Positions 36,728 to 48,412 of a stretch of 64,000 nucleotides of DNA are shown one piece after another (within the stretch, counting starts at the first letter, position 1; each line of letters begins with the position of its first letter). Origin of the DNA: Schizosaccharomyces osmophilus. Lineage: Eukaryota. A program made the position numbers and the translations under genes. The notes below the pieces were generated by a model, which saw nothing but the letters and a program-made list of their open reading frames with translations, made no database searches and was not told where the DNA came from. Location of the stretch: assembly GCF_027921745.1 (NCBI RefSeq), contig NC_079238.1, positions 5,270,001 through 5,334,000 of the forward strand. The letters run 5' to 3'.

Positions 36728-37728
36728 TTATGCATCCTGTTGACTTTCAAGTTGAAAACGGATGAGCATTGGAAAGAAACGCCAAATAGAAAAATCGGGC
36801 CAATAATTGTCTATAAAGCTGATTTGGGAATCCTCATGGACCTTAAATTGATTAGTAAAGTAAATAAAAAAAGGCTTGATAGACATTCATACCTGCCACA
36901 TTAAAAAGTCCGATAGACGTTCAACACCACTGGTACGAATTAACCAATCGAGAGGAAGACTGTCGTTCAAAAGAAGATTCTTTTCAAACAATGCTTCATC
37001 AATATCTTCTGGCACAATTTTTTCATCCTCGGCTAAGTGAACAATGCTTTGCACAGAGTTGGATATTTCGTGACGCGACGTATATGGAAAGCAAACGTTT
37101 AAAGTAGCTCTATAACACTAGTCAGAATAAAGAAAACTCGGGTAGAAAAGCTTACCTGGTATTATTCTTTGTTGATTCAACGACGTTGACGACAGTTTCA
37201 TAAACGTCCGGTTTCAAACGGGCAAGATCACCAACAATACGAATTCGAATGCCATATTGATCGACCATATCTCTAAAAAGAACGTTGTTAATACGAATAG
37301 GAACCAAGAAGCAATAAAACGTACCCATGAGCGGTAATTTGAGTGAGACTGTTTTTGGCAATATCCATGAGTGTATCAACTTCGTGTTTTGAACGCTTAA
37401 AGTTTTCTATAGAAAAGGCAAATGCCGATACTTCCTTTACGCCCATCTTAAGGCAGACTCGAAGAAGCTAAAGAACTTCGTTAGTAAAAGCAAGTGACAT
37501 TACAAAACAGACGGTGCCTACATTCTTCAAAGCCTCAAAGCCTAAGCTATGACCTTCAATCGTTTCTACACGGTGCTCGCGAGCCCACCGGCGATTTCCA
37601 TCCATGACAAATGCAACGTGTTGAGGAACTTTCCCATGTTGAAGCGCACGAATCACAATTTCTTCTACGTGTTCCAAACCCCATAGTAAAGGAGGAAAAT
37701 GAGCCAACCAGTCCAACAAGCTACCCAT
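36728..37728 (-). CDS. rer2: cis-prenyltransferase Rer2, 5 exons
   Basis: HVAFVMDGNRRWA, FSIENFKR, IRTSGVERLSDF; introns 37468-37521, 37273-37324, 37110-37155, 36842-36892. Confidence 0.93.
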
Positions 37729-38252
37729 GGTAAATAGACTTAAATAACAGCAATTGTGAAAGATGTAATAAACGAATGAACGTATATTTTAAAAGGATGA
37801 TAGAATTCAATGGTATCTGATCCTCTTTAGTATATTTTTGCCAGCAATTCTCTTTCAAATCGTAGACTTTTTCTTTGTGACACTTCAAGCAAGCCAATTC
37901 TAAGAAACTCGTAACAATCTCAAAGAAATACCAGAAGAAATTCTTATATTAATAAATAATAAAGCAAAGGACACGAACACAGTAAAAATTATCCAATTTC
38001 GAAGGAGATAGACAAAACGAAAGAGGTGGTTGTTCTTGTTTACTTTTCCATCCTCCAAACGTAAGTCTCCAATCATTTAAGTATATACGTTCATCTACCT
38101 AAAGCCGTTTACGGAGGTCTAATGCACCAGCTTACAATATACTACGCACTTTTAAATGAAACTTATAGAGAAATAGCGAATAATCGGTAAATGTAAGGAA
38201 AGACTACATTCATGGTGAATTCGTTTTCATCCTTTACCAGACACGACTCAGG

Positions 38253-39532
38253 ATGAGACCCATCATCTTACAAGGGCATGAGCGTCCTTTGACACAAATT
38301 AAATATAATCACGATGTACGTTCGTTGATGAATTGGTGACTACGGAGAGGAATAAATGTGCTAATGCGTCTGTAGGGTGATTTGTTATTTTCATGTGCCA
38401 AAGACAAAGTAATTAACGTTTGGTTCTCCCATAACGGAGAACGTTTGGGAACTTACGAGGGACATACTGGTGCCATCTGGACCTGTGATATTAGCAGTAA
38501 GTAAAATTTTTGCAAGGAAATTCCTTGAGAGCGTGACGCGCGATCCATACACGGGAACTTGGCGTCAGGTCATATTTGGTTTATAAAAATAAGGAAGAGG
38601 GACTTGTTGAAATTAAGACAAAAAAGTTGGGCTGACGCGCGGTTTTGGGCTCCCATTTGGATGGTCGCGGCTCATGAGAAGATTTCTGAGATGCTGTGAT
38701 TGAAGACGTTACTAATGACTGATGTGTAGAAAATAGTGGTTTAATGGCTAGTGGTGCTGCCGATAACACAATGCGCCTTTGGGATGTTAAGACCGGAAAA
38801 CAACTGTTCAAATGGGACTTCCCCACTGCTGTGAAGCGTGTAGAATTCAATGAGGATGACTCCCGGATTCTTGCCGTCACGGAACAACGTATGGGTTTTT
38901 CTGGTACTGTCACTGTTTTCCGCGTTCCTTCTTCTGAAAACGACGTTGCCGCCGAAACTCCCTTGTATGTCATCACAACTCGTGAATCTAAGGCTACCGT
39001 TGCTGGCTGGTCTTATTTAAGCAAGTATCTTATTACTAGTCACGATGACGGCTCCGTTTCTCGTTATGATGCTTATACCGGTGAGTTTTTGGAGTCCAAG
39101 CAAGTTCACAACATTGGTGCTAGCATCACCGACTTGCAATTCTCCCCTGATCGTACATACTTCGTTACTGCTTGCAAAGATACCACCGCCAAGCTCACCG
39201 ATGTTGACTCTTTCGATGTTATTAAAACCTATCTCACCGACACTCCTTTGAACACTTCAAGCATTACCCCAGTCCAAGACTTTATTGTTCTTGGTGGTGG
39301 TCAAGAAGCTAGAGATGTCACTACAACTGCCACTAGACAGGGTAAATTCGAAACCCGTTTCTACCATGCTATCTTAGAAGAAGAATTGGGTCGTGTCAAG
39401 GGTCATTTTGGTCCCATCAACACAATCGCCGTTCATCCTAAGGGCACTGGTTATGCTAGTGGAGGAGAAGATGGTTACGTTCGTGTTCATGCATTCGACA
39501 AAAACTACTTTGACTTTAAGTACACTTTGTAA
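38253..39532 (+). CDS. tif34: Translation initiation factor eIF3i (Sum1/Tif34), 3 exons
   Basis: [27 protein letters not shown]; introns 38316-38375 and 38497-38729. Confidence 0.96.
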
Positions 39533-39700
39533 AGATAATATTAAAATAAACCTTTTTGATGGTTCTTAGTAACAGTAATAGAATTGATTAACCTCGAACT
39601 TTGTAAACCAAGCAAGTGATAAAAGATTACGAATATTCAATTCATTGAAATCTTTCATTCAAAAACTCATCAAACCAAAACAATATTAGATGAATAAATC

Positions 39701-40683
39701 TCAGTGTTTAAAATATTTTGCAAAAATTAAACCTCCGGCCAAAAGAACAGTGGTTGCCCAAACGTAGTTCTCAAGAACGTTGGGTGGTGCACTCGTCAAT
39801 TCCTTGAATGTAGGGACGGAAGACGGAAAATGGCACAACAATTTGCCCATTTGCTCTTCTTTTAGAGATCCCAGTTCATTCAAGGACCATTTTTCACAAA
39901 GGCGAATCATCCACCTCATGCGTTTTCTTCCCTGTTCCGGCGTAGGTGCTATTTCTCTGAGCTTTTGTCTTAAAAGTCCGGTCTGAGTAATAGCGGCGGA
40001 TACATCGTTTGGAAGAGTGTTTCGAATATGATCTCGGATGATAGTAGCAAGCTTAGGCCCTTTTCCATTTGTGCTAACCATGATTTGAAGGGGTCCTTCT
40101 CGAATTTCTGCGCCAAAATAGAAGTCGCATTCTGGTGGAATATCAGCTGCATTGATGGGTACTCGTTTCGACTGGCATAACTTATAAATTTGAGTAGACA
40201 GAGAAGGATCATCAACCGCCGATAAAACCATAGCTATATCCTCTGTAATGTCATCTGGAGAGAATTCTCGATTTCTCCATTCCACCTGTTTTTCATGGAT
40301 GCGAAACGCTACTTCTTTACAGAGACCGCTCTCAGGACTGACAACAATTGGGATTCCATCAGCGTTTAAAACATGATTAATTCTGCCAGAAGCAACCACG
40401 CCGCCGCCAATTACTAAGACCTTTTTACCTTGTATACGCCAAGCTAGAATCAATGACCTTTATAAAAGTTAGTGTAACTGCCAAGAAAAGGAAAAACGTA
40501 ATAAATACTACAACGAATTGAAAAACAGAGTATCGTGGATAGTATTTTATTGAAGAAAGTTTGGAAGATTGTTACCAGAATGAAGGTTCCCTGAGAAGCA
40601 AGCAACGTTTGAATTCCTTCAAAATCTTCCAAATAGTTCTATACATACCCTCCGGGCTGAATTGCTGGGAATTCAGAAGACAT
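39701..40683 (-). CDS. met8: Siroheme synthase Met8 (precorrin-2 dehydrogenase/ferrochelatase), 2 exons
   Basis: GGSLILAW..VLVIGGGVVA, ADIPPECDFYF, STNGKGP; intron 40458-40648; C-terminal hydrophobic tail. Confidence 0.92.
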
Positions 40684-40979
40684 CCTGAGGAAATGAACAG
40701 GTAAGTATTGGGTAGGTAGTGATACGCGTAATAAAGATACTGGGTCACTGGAAGTTGGGCGTAAAAATAATTATGTTTTAATAGCTGCTAGTTCTTCTAT
40801 AATCTAAGTTAAGAGATAAAAGAGGCTTTAAATATATGGTATGCGTATCAGTTATAAAAGATTAAAGAGAATGCAAAAACACTGCATTCAGGAAGAAACA
40901 AAAACGGGCATTAAGCATCTCATGAAGTTTTCAAATTATGAAAAAGGTGTAGAAATAGTAAAAGAAAGGTATTGAATTT

Positions 40980-42791
40980 TTATAGGTTTGCTTCCTTTCC
41001 ATGAACGCCAACATGGTACAAGCAAAGAGAGTCGGATAGTTCTTTAGATGAAGATGCTTGTATGACAAAGCTTTTATAATATAGTTGAGTTATTCGATCT
41101 GGGTTCTCAGAATAATCAGATAGGTGAAACACCGTTGAAATGGTTGATAACATTGAAGGAATTGGTATTTCTCCAAGTAGTAGAAGAGATTCTTGGTTTT
41201 TCAATGTTTCATTGGCATTGGTGTGTTTATCCAGTAGTCCAAATATTCGCAACTTTTCAGGGAACTTTGAAAAGTCTCCATGGACAGGCTGTAACAAAGA
41301 GATATGACTGATATGTATAGGCTTTGAAACTTCGATAGCAACTTGTACAAGGGATCCAGTCGAACACCAGCAACTGTCAATATTATCGGTTAATAACACA
41401 GCAGGTACATTTGTTGTTTTGCTCCAGTATTCTTTAAAAATCTCGGAAATTGTTGGTTTCGGAAATGTCCATGCATAATCGATGCATGCTCCCACAGCTT
41501 TCAAGGCGAAGTTTGGTTGACTGGCCATTGAACTTCTTAAGCGGTTGAGTGTTTGTTCTGCATATCTTCTTGACAGATCCTTCCGATGCTCGAAAGAATT
41601 ATTTAGTGAAATAGATTCAAAGGTTTTTATTATGTCTTTTCGAGCGTCATCCAAATCTTTCGTAAGGTTTGTTAGATCGTCATGAGAAACGAATTTCGTA
41701 AGAGTGGATGGCTGATTCTCCAAATGATTGCTTTTATTATGTTCCTTAGGCTTTGTCGAATGATGCTCAAACTCAGCTTCTGATGCTGTTGCTATCCCCT
41801 TAGGATATACCAGGCCTAGTAGTACATGTTGAGTATTTAATATATCTGGCAATAGACGCGTATAGTTTAAAATTAAGGAAACAAAGTCCAGCTCTACGTC
41901 TCTTAATATCAGAGTATGATAGATCGTGTCGTATGGCTCAAAGTTGTTCACATAAAGTGCCATATCATTGACCATCCTTGAACACTGATGCAAAGAAGAT
42001 ACTTTTTGATAAAGCGCTTGAGTATTGGCTTCCAACAAGTCCAATTTGGAATTTCCCAAACTTAAAACATCTTTCGCGCATAGAAGGTTGTAATTGCTCT
42101 CTAGCTCTGTTGTATTTTGAACAATCGCTTTGAAAAGTAAAGAAAAATCTTCAAACCTTGGGTCAACCGAGCCGCCGTCAAGTCGACTAAAGTTATTAAC
42201 TAATGCATCAATTGGTTGGAGAAATAAGGGAAAAGAAATAGCCGTACATAGCAGTTTATGTAGTTTTGGGTAATCACGGTACATATTATAAGAGATAATC
42301 ACAGATTCTTTCGAAAACGGAGAACCAGGAGGCTGAAAGCCGGGCTTCCATATAGCAGTAAACCGATGAGTATAATCAATAATCAAGTGGATGATCCGGA
42401 GTCGTATAGGTTCGTAATCTTGCGTCAGAAAAAGAAATGGAAATATTAAAAACAGAAAAGTGATGAAAGTGATCCGTTTACGATAGAGGACCAAGAATCT
42501 AAAAATCAAGTAACTTCTCCATAGCGCCCATCCAAGGAGGCGAAGATAATAAATGCAATGAAAAAAGGCATTTCGAAGGAGAGTTTCATTCACCGTATGC
42601 TCATATCTTTTTCCTCTTATTCTTCGCTTTGCTGTTCTCCCATTTTGTTTGTGGGACCTAACAAATGGTTTCCTGGAGTTACCATTTGAATGATCGGATG
42701 CATCATTATGCAAATAGTTTCCAATTATTTCATGACCTCCATCCGAGACAGGCTTAGTGGTTTCTGAAACAGGTATAGAGGTTTTGCTCAT
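40980..42791 (-). CDS. csi2: Csi2 orthologue: basic N-terminus, TM segment, helical stalk, C-terminal SUN-like domain
   Basis: 603-aa ORF; TM ITFITFLFLIFPFLFL; SUN-like motifs PNFAL..GA.I, CWC, CLYHVGVHG; symbol from synteny. Confidence 0.75.
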   Translation of the reverse strand: MSKTSIPVSETTKPVSDGGHEIIGNYLHNDASDHSNGNSRKPFVRSHKQNGRTAKRRIRGKRYEHTVNETLLRNAFFHCIYYLRLLGWALWRSYLIFRFLVLYRKRITFITFLFLIFPFLFLTQDYEPIRLRIIHLIIDYTHRFTAIWKPGFQPPGSPFSKESVIISYNMYRDYPKLHKLLCTAISFPLFLQPIDALVNNFSRLDGGSVDPRFEDFSLLFKAIVQNTTELESNYNLLCAKDVLSLGNSKLDLLEANTQALYQKVSSLHQCSRMVNDMALYVNNFEPYDTIYHTLILRDVELDFVSLILNYTRLLPDILNTQHVLLGLVYPKGIATASEAEFEHHSTKPKEHNKSNHLENQPSTLTKFVSHDDLTNLTKDLDDARKDIIKTFESISLNNSFEHRKDLSRRYAEQTLNRLRSSMASQPNFALKAVGACIDYAWTFPKPTISEIFKEYWSKTTNVPAVLLTDNIDSCWCSTGSLVQVAIEVSKPIHISHISLLQPVHGDFSKFPEKLRIFGLLDKHTNANETLKNQESLLLLGEIPIPSMLSTISTVFHLSDYSENPDRITQLYYKSFVIQASSSKELSDSLCLYHVGVHGKEANL

Positions 42792-43380
42792 AATCTTCGT
42801 TGAAAACTTACCTAAGCACTTAATTCCTGCTAATCAAGGTACACTAACTGAAAATGAAAGTCCAAAACTTTTTAGTAATTGAAGTATTTGTTATTAAGCC
42901 ATAGAAAAACCTTTGTACACTTAGAGTCAGAAGTATGCTTCAAAACGAAATGCCAGACAAAGTTCGAGATTAGAAATCGACTAGCTTTGTCTCATATCAT
43001 GGACTGTTGGTTACACGGTTTTATAATAGAAAAAAATATGAAACGAAATGACTCGGGACTTTAACAACATAAAACAGCCAACAGCTGCAGTCTTATATTA
43101 CAGTGAGTAAGAAAATACGTCTAACAGCCTCGTATTAGCAAGTCGAATGGTCATACATTATATTATTTAAATAATCTTTATTTCAAGCATTAATATTAAA
43201 AAATTATAAAATCAAAATTATAAAACGAGGGAGCGTTAAAAAATTATGGAAACTCTTGAGCATTAGCTGCTTAAATTCTAAATATGTCGATAAGTATAAT
43301 AGAGGGGATTTAAGCAAGTGAGGTCCAATATTAAGAGAATCCGTTATCTAAAGGTATCCAAAAAATGGGTTTTTTAAAAA

Positions 43381-44976
43381 TTAGTTAAGGGAAGCATCAG
43401 AATGCGTGTTATGCAAGGAAATGTCGTCAGGGGCTTCGCGCTCTTCATCTTCAGCAAAACTGTTCTTGCGAGCGCGGTTGTTGACCATACGCATATGTTC
43501 AAGATGAACAAGGTACTCTGTACTGGCGCCGGTAGTATATTCACCAGTGAATAAACCAAGTTCAAAGTCTGAAACATTCTCTGTAGTACAGGAAGCCACC
43601 AAATCTTCCAAAGATTGGTAAATAACACCATCAGCCCCAATGGACTCGGCAACTTCGGATTCGGTCTTTCCATAGGCAATCAAGTCTTTGCAATCAGCGA
43701 GATCAATGCCATACACGTGAGGATGAGTGATCATGGGTGCGCAACTGGCGAGGTATACATTCTTAGCACCAGATTCACGAGCCATTTGAACAATTTCTCG
43801 GGAGGTGGTTCCTCGAACGATACTATCGTCTATAATCAAAACATTTTTGTTGAAGAATTCCTGAAGCTGAACGTTCAATTTACGGCGCACGGATTTGCGA
43901 CGAATTTGCTGGCCGGGCATAATAAAAGTACGTCCAATATAGCGGTTTTTAATGAATGCTTCAACATAGGGCAGCTCCGCTGTTTGTGCAAGTTGCAAAG
44001 CACTGGTACGAGCGGAATCGGGTACAGGAATGACAGCATCAATCTTGCTAGCATAATCTTCGCCAAAGCGCTTCATAATGTTGTAGGCCAACTTCTCACC
44101 CATGTTAAGTCGAGATTGATAAACGGAAAGGCCATCAATGACAGAGTCCGGACGAGAGAAATAGACGTATTCAAAGATATCAGGTCGGAAGCGCTTGCAT
44201 GGGACAATTTGACGACTAAAGAGAGTAGGACCTCTTTGACCCGACAAAAGGTCATCGCGATCAGGGCGACGAATGAAAACACATTCGCCAGGACGAATGT
44301 CACGAAAATTGCGGAATCCAAATTGAGTCAAAACAACGCTTTCGCTAGCAAGCATATAGTCTTTCCCATGAGGGGTATCGCGTTCGCCGATAACCAAAGG
44401 ACGAATACCATTAGGATCCCGGAAACCAAGAACGCCAAAACCGGCAATCATGGCAACACATGCATAGCCACCATTCACTCTATCGTAGACGTTACGAAGA
44501 GCTTCAAATATATCATTTTCATTAATACGATATTTATCCATACGTTGAAGCTCGTAGGCAAACATGTTCAACAAAAGCTCGGAATCTGAATCTGTATTGA
44601 CGTGGCGATGAGCTTCCTTGTCCAAGAAACGGCGTAAATCGGGTCCGTTAATCAGATTACCGTTATGACCCATAACTATACCGTAAGGAGAGTTCACGTA
44701 AAATGGTTGGGCTTCAGAATTGGCACAGCTTCCAGCAGTCGGGTAACGCACATGACCGATACCCATACTACCGACGAGCTGACGAAGCTGTGATTGATGG
44801 AACACATCGGAAACCATGCCCGATCCCTTACATTGATAAAGACGACCCTTATTACCAGCAGTAACTATACCAGCGGCATCTTGACCACGATGCTGCAAAC
44901 TGTAAAGACCCTCATAGATTTCAGGACAAGCCTGACCATGTCGGTCAGCCAACATTAAGGCTAAAATACCGCACAT
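43381..44976 (-). CDS. ade4: Amidophosphoribosyltransferase
   Basis: MCGI Ntn-hydrolase start, LQHRGQDAAG, DDSIVRGTT; ATG at 44976 follows a 3' splice site at 44982. Confidence 0.97.
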   Translation of the reverse strand: MCGILALMLADRHGQACPEIYEGLYSLQHRGQDAAGIVTAGNKGRLYQCKGSGMVSDVFHQSQLRQLVGSMGIGHVRYPTAGSCANSEAQPFYVNSPYGIVMGHNGNLINGPDLRRFLDKEAHRHVNTDSDSELLLNMFAYELQRMDKYRINENDIFEALRNVYDRVNGGYACVAMIAGFGVLGFRDPNGIRPLVIGERDTPHGKDYMLASESVVLTQFGFRNFRDIRPGECVFIRRPDRDDLLSGQRGPTLFSRQIVPCKRFRPDIFEYVYFSRPDSVIDGLSVYQSRLNMGEKLAYNIMKRFGEDYASKIDAVIPVPDSARTSALQLAQTAELPYVEAFIKNRYIGRTFIMPGQQIRRKSVRRKLNVQLQEFFNKNVLIIDDSIVRGTTSREIVQMARESGAKNVYLASCAPMITHPHVYGIDLADCKDLIAYGKTESEVAESIGADGVIYQSLEDLVASCTTENVSDFELGLFTGEYTTGASTEYLVHLEHMRMVNNRARKNSFAEDEEREAPDDISLHNTHSDASLN

Positions 44977-44981
44977 TTTGA

Positions 44982-45386
44982 CTAAAAATATGGTTAGACA
45001 CATTCATAAAAGACGATAAATTGAAGCAAGCAAACGTTCACTTAATCACGAGAAGGTGTCAGAGAACATGGGGCAAACCCTGAACTGTAGAGTTAAGTGT
45101 GTCCATAAAAAAAAGAGATAATAAAAATGTAGAATTCTATCGCCATTCATCGCCCTCTTCACCTAATATGAAAGGGATGAACACGAAACGAAATTCCTCT
45201 TTTCAGATATTCATGAAACAAAAATATCAATCCCAGTTTACCTCAGAAAGTCCAAGTGCTACATGATATGAATTTCAGAAGTCTAGCATCTAAAATTAAG
45301 TGGAAATCATCATAGGCAAACATTCTCTTGGCACACAAGAAAGGCTCCTCGCTTTCGTTTGATTATTCGCTTTTTTTTTTACTTAC
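44982..45386 (-). other. 5'-UTR intron of ade4 (snoRNA host)
   Basis: Donor GTAAGT at 45386; branch CTAAC plus TTTTTAG acceptor ending 44982, 5 nt before the ATG; second TTAAC..CAG acceptor at 45085. Confidence 0.7.
45236..45321 (-). ncRNA. snR58: Box C/D snoRNA, snR58-like (guide for LSU rRNA Cm663, S. cerevisiae numbering)
   Basis: Terminal stem GTTTGCC/GGTAAAC, C box ATGATGA (45313-45307), guide TAGATGCTAGACTT before D' CTGA (45278-45275), D box CTGA (45246-45243). Confidence 0.85.
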
Positions 45387-46464
45387 ATTAGAGTACTATA
45401 AAGGACAAATTGTCTTTACAGCTTTCACTGGTTTAACCTCCTTACTTTGGTGTTTGGTTAAGGGTAAGTTAAAATTTGCCAGTACCGAAATAAGTAACTT
45501 TTCGCGCTGAGAGACATTTTTATCAGACATTATCTCGTTGTCACGAGTACAGATGAAGAAGATAAAATGAAAGAAATAAAAATAAAAAAGGAAGAAAAAT
45601 TTGTAGAATTTGTTGTAAGACCTATAGAACGAACCCCAGAATAATTTCTAAACATTGTACTATGAAGATCAGCATTCATTAAATCAAAGATATATAAAAA
45701 AGTATATACGTATTGAAGTAGGTACGATCATGATGAACATAGCAAAAGGTCGTCTCTCAGGCTGGTTTCGATTGTGATGGATAAAATAGAAGAAAAAATA
45801 TGTTCCTTCAATATTAACTCTCGCCGACTAAAGATTCGTTGAATGAGTCATCTGTTTCTATGCCTTATTGAGCTGTGTACGAATCTAATCTGCTGCAATG
45901 TTTGTTTCTTGGACATAAAAGAAGCAAATTTTCATTGGGCCAATCGAGCTGAAACTATGCGAGTCGTTTGAAAATAGAATGCTTCAGTTCTTGCCTCCTG
46001 TTGTGTCTTGTTCCATCCCAAGTCTTCTTGCTCCCCTTGCCGTGTGGAATTTCCAGCTGTACTAGGTTTGTGTTGTCAATTTGCAGACTTCTTCATGCAT
46101 GTATACCAAGCCATTGTATCGAAAAGCATTATTATATTTATGGGGTAGAATCAACCAAATGAATGTATTTCAAAACAAATCAAAGAGTGAATAGACCTCC
46201 ATTCTCGTTGCTTTTGCAAAATGGGTTTGTTTATCAACGATACGGTTCCAGCATGCTAAAGTATTTACGGAAGTGGGTTCTTGGACACTATTTACTTACC
46301 ATAGGCAGAGTGCTTTAAGACACAGCATTTCTCTATATTATTGTTGAATTCGGCAAGTTTCTTTTTTTTTAATTCATATTTTTCTCTTTTTGTCTTTTTC
46401 AGAATTTGCGTTTCCCTGGGTTCCATAGGATAAATTTTCTTGGCAAAAAAAAGACTTGACCACG

Positions 46465-48085
46465 ATGTCAATATTGTATGAACCGACCGCATTGCCTCTA
46501 GCAAACACTCCTACAATGTTTAATACTGTTCCCGGAAGCAAAGCTCGTCCAAGCTCTCAATCGCAGTCGATTCCAGTGGAATTTCAAGCAGTGCTCTTTG
46601 CTGGCTTTGGTAACAGGTGGGTATATAAACCAACAAAAGAAGGGACTTTCTTTCAAATCTTAAATAACTGATACTAACGGACGGTTTTAGTTTATATCCA
46701 TTGACCGGCAATGATTCCTTGCCAAAAGCTCTACTTCCTGTTGGCAATAAGCCCATGCTTCATTATCCCTTGTACTGGTTAGAAGCAGCTGGGTTCAGCT
46801 CTGTTATCATCATTTGCATGGAAGAAGCCGAGGCTCACATCAGCTCTTGGTTACGCTCTGGTTACGACGGCCATTTAAGAGTGCATGTGGAAGCTCCTAC
46901 TGTGATGGACGACTCCATGGGTTCTGCCGATGCTCTTCGTGCTGTGTCCCATTTGATCAAGGTATATACTTTTATTTCTCTTTTTGCAAGCCATTATTAA
47001 CATTTGATTGAAGACTGATTTCGTTTGTCTAAGTTGCGACAGCATCACTGATTTGCAACCTTATATGGTTTTAGATCGCTTTCGTTTGAATGACCCTTCT
47101 GCGCTCATCGTGTATAGCCATGTATTAAAGCATGAACACATTACAAACCAATCTAAGGAGATTACTGAGAAGCATTTAATTGGCGTTGAAGAATCGTCCC
47201 AGAGATTGTTATATGCCAAAAGCTCAGCTGATATTGGAGGAGATTTGTCCCTTCGAATGTCCTTATTATGGAAGCATCCTAATATTACCCTTCACACAAA
47301 CCTCGGTGACTCTCATATATATGTTTTCAAACATTGGATCATTGATCTCATCCGGGAAAAGGAAAACATTTCCTCCATTAGCAGTGATTTAATTCCTTAT
47401 TTGGTGAAATGCCAATACCAAAGACCGTTTGCCATCCGGGAAGATATTAACAAATGTAAGTTTCCATATTCGTGTTGACCCCTTTTTTTCATGATCATGA
47501 TATTAACGGTTTAGACTTGCAAAACTCTGCAGATGAAGATTATGAAGATATTTCTAATGAGTTACTTATCAATACCTTTATTGCAAAGGAAGAATATCTT
47601 TGCGCTCGTGCAAATAATTTGCCCAATTACTTCGAACTCAACAGATGCGTATGTAAATTAAAATACTCCGTCTATACGACAGAAGGAAGCTTAGACTGAC
47701 CGATTTTTAGATTGCTAAATTGACGCCTGATCCTCGTCTCATCGATGTCAATGTTTCTGAAAGAGCTCTCGTCGGAGCTGATTGCATGGTCAATGAGGGT
47801 ACTGCCATCTGCGATAATAGCAACATTAAAAAGAGTATCATCGGAAGAAATTGTTCCATTGGTAAAGGCGTTGTCGTCAGCAATTCCATTCTTATGGACA
47901 ACATTGTCGTGGAGGACGGTGTTCGCTTAGATTGTTGTATTGTTGCTTCTGGAGCCAGCATCGGTCAACGATCCAAGCTTCGAGAATGCGAAATTGGCGT
48001 CAATCATAATGTCGAGGCCAAACGTACCGCTAGAGGTGAACGGTTAGTAGACATGGAAAAGATTGAAACGGACGACGACAAATAA
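46465..48085 (+). CDS. tif223: eIF2B gamma subunit, 5 exons
   Basis: EFQAVLFAGFGNSLYPL..PKALLPVGNKPM plus C-terminal hexapeptide beta-helix; introns 46617-46690 (GTGGGT donor), 46962-47013, 47456-47514, 47649-47710. Confidence 0.93.
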
Positions 48086-48412
48086 AATGGCAATATGGTA
48101 GATATTAATTGGGTTTACTTTTTTGGGTGTTACTTTTATTCTATTGATCAACCTAGTCGAAAGTCAATAAAATATAGTTTCAAGTACTAAGCGCTAGAAA
48201 GCTTCCATTTTCCTTTCCCTTTTTTACACAATTTATCTTTCTCAATTCAATTTTGCACTGTAACGCGGTTCATTCATTCATCTGACCTACTGTATCCTAC
48301 TCCATTCTATTCTTCTCTCTTCTAATCCCAATTTTATACCCTACATGCTCTAAATTTAGGTTAGCAAATCATTCCGAATAAATAAGAAAATGAAAAAGCA
48401 TTGACAATTCAA

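Noticed and set aside
43615..44589. 324-aa ORF antisense to ade4
   Set aside because: Shadow frame of a codon-biased gene; no recognisable motifs
45236..45241. GTAAAC as alternative donor of the ade4 leader intron
   Set aside because: Better explained as the 3' arm of the snoRNA terminal stem
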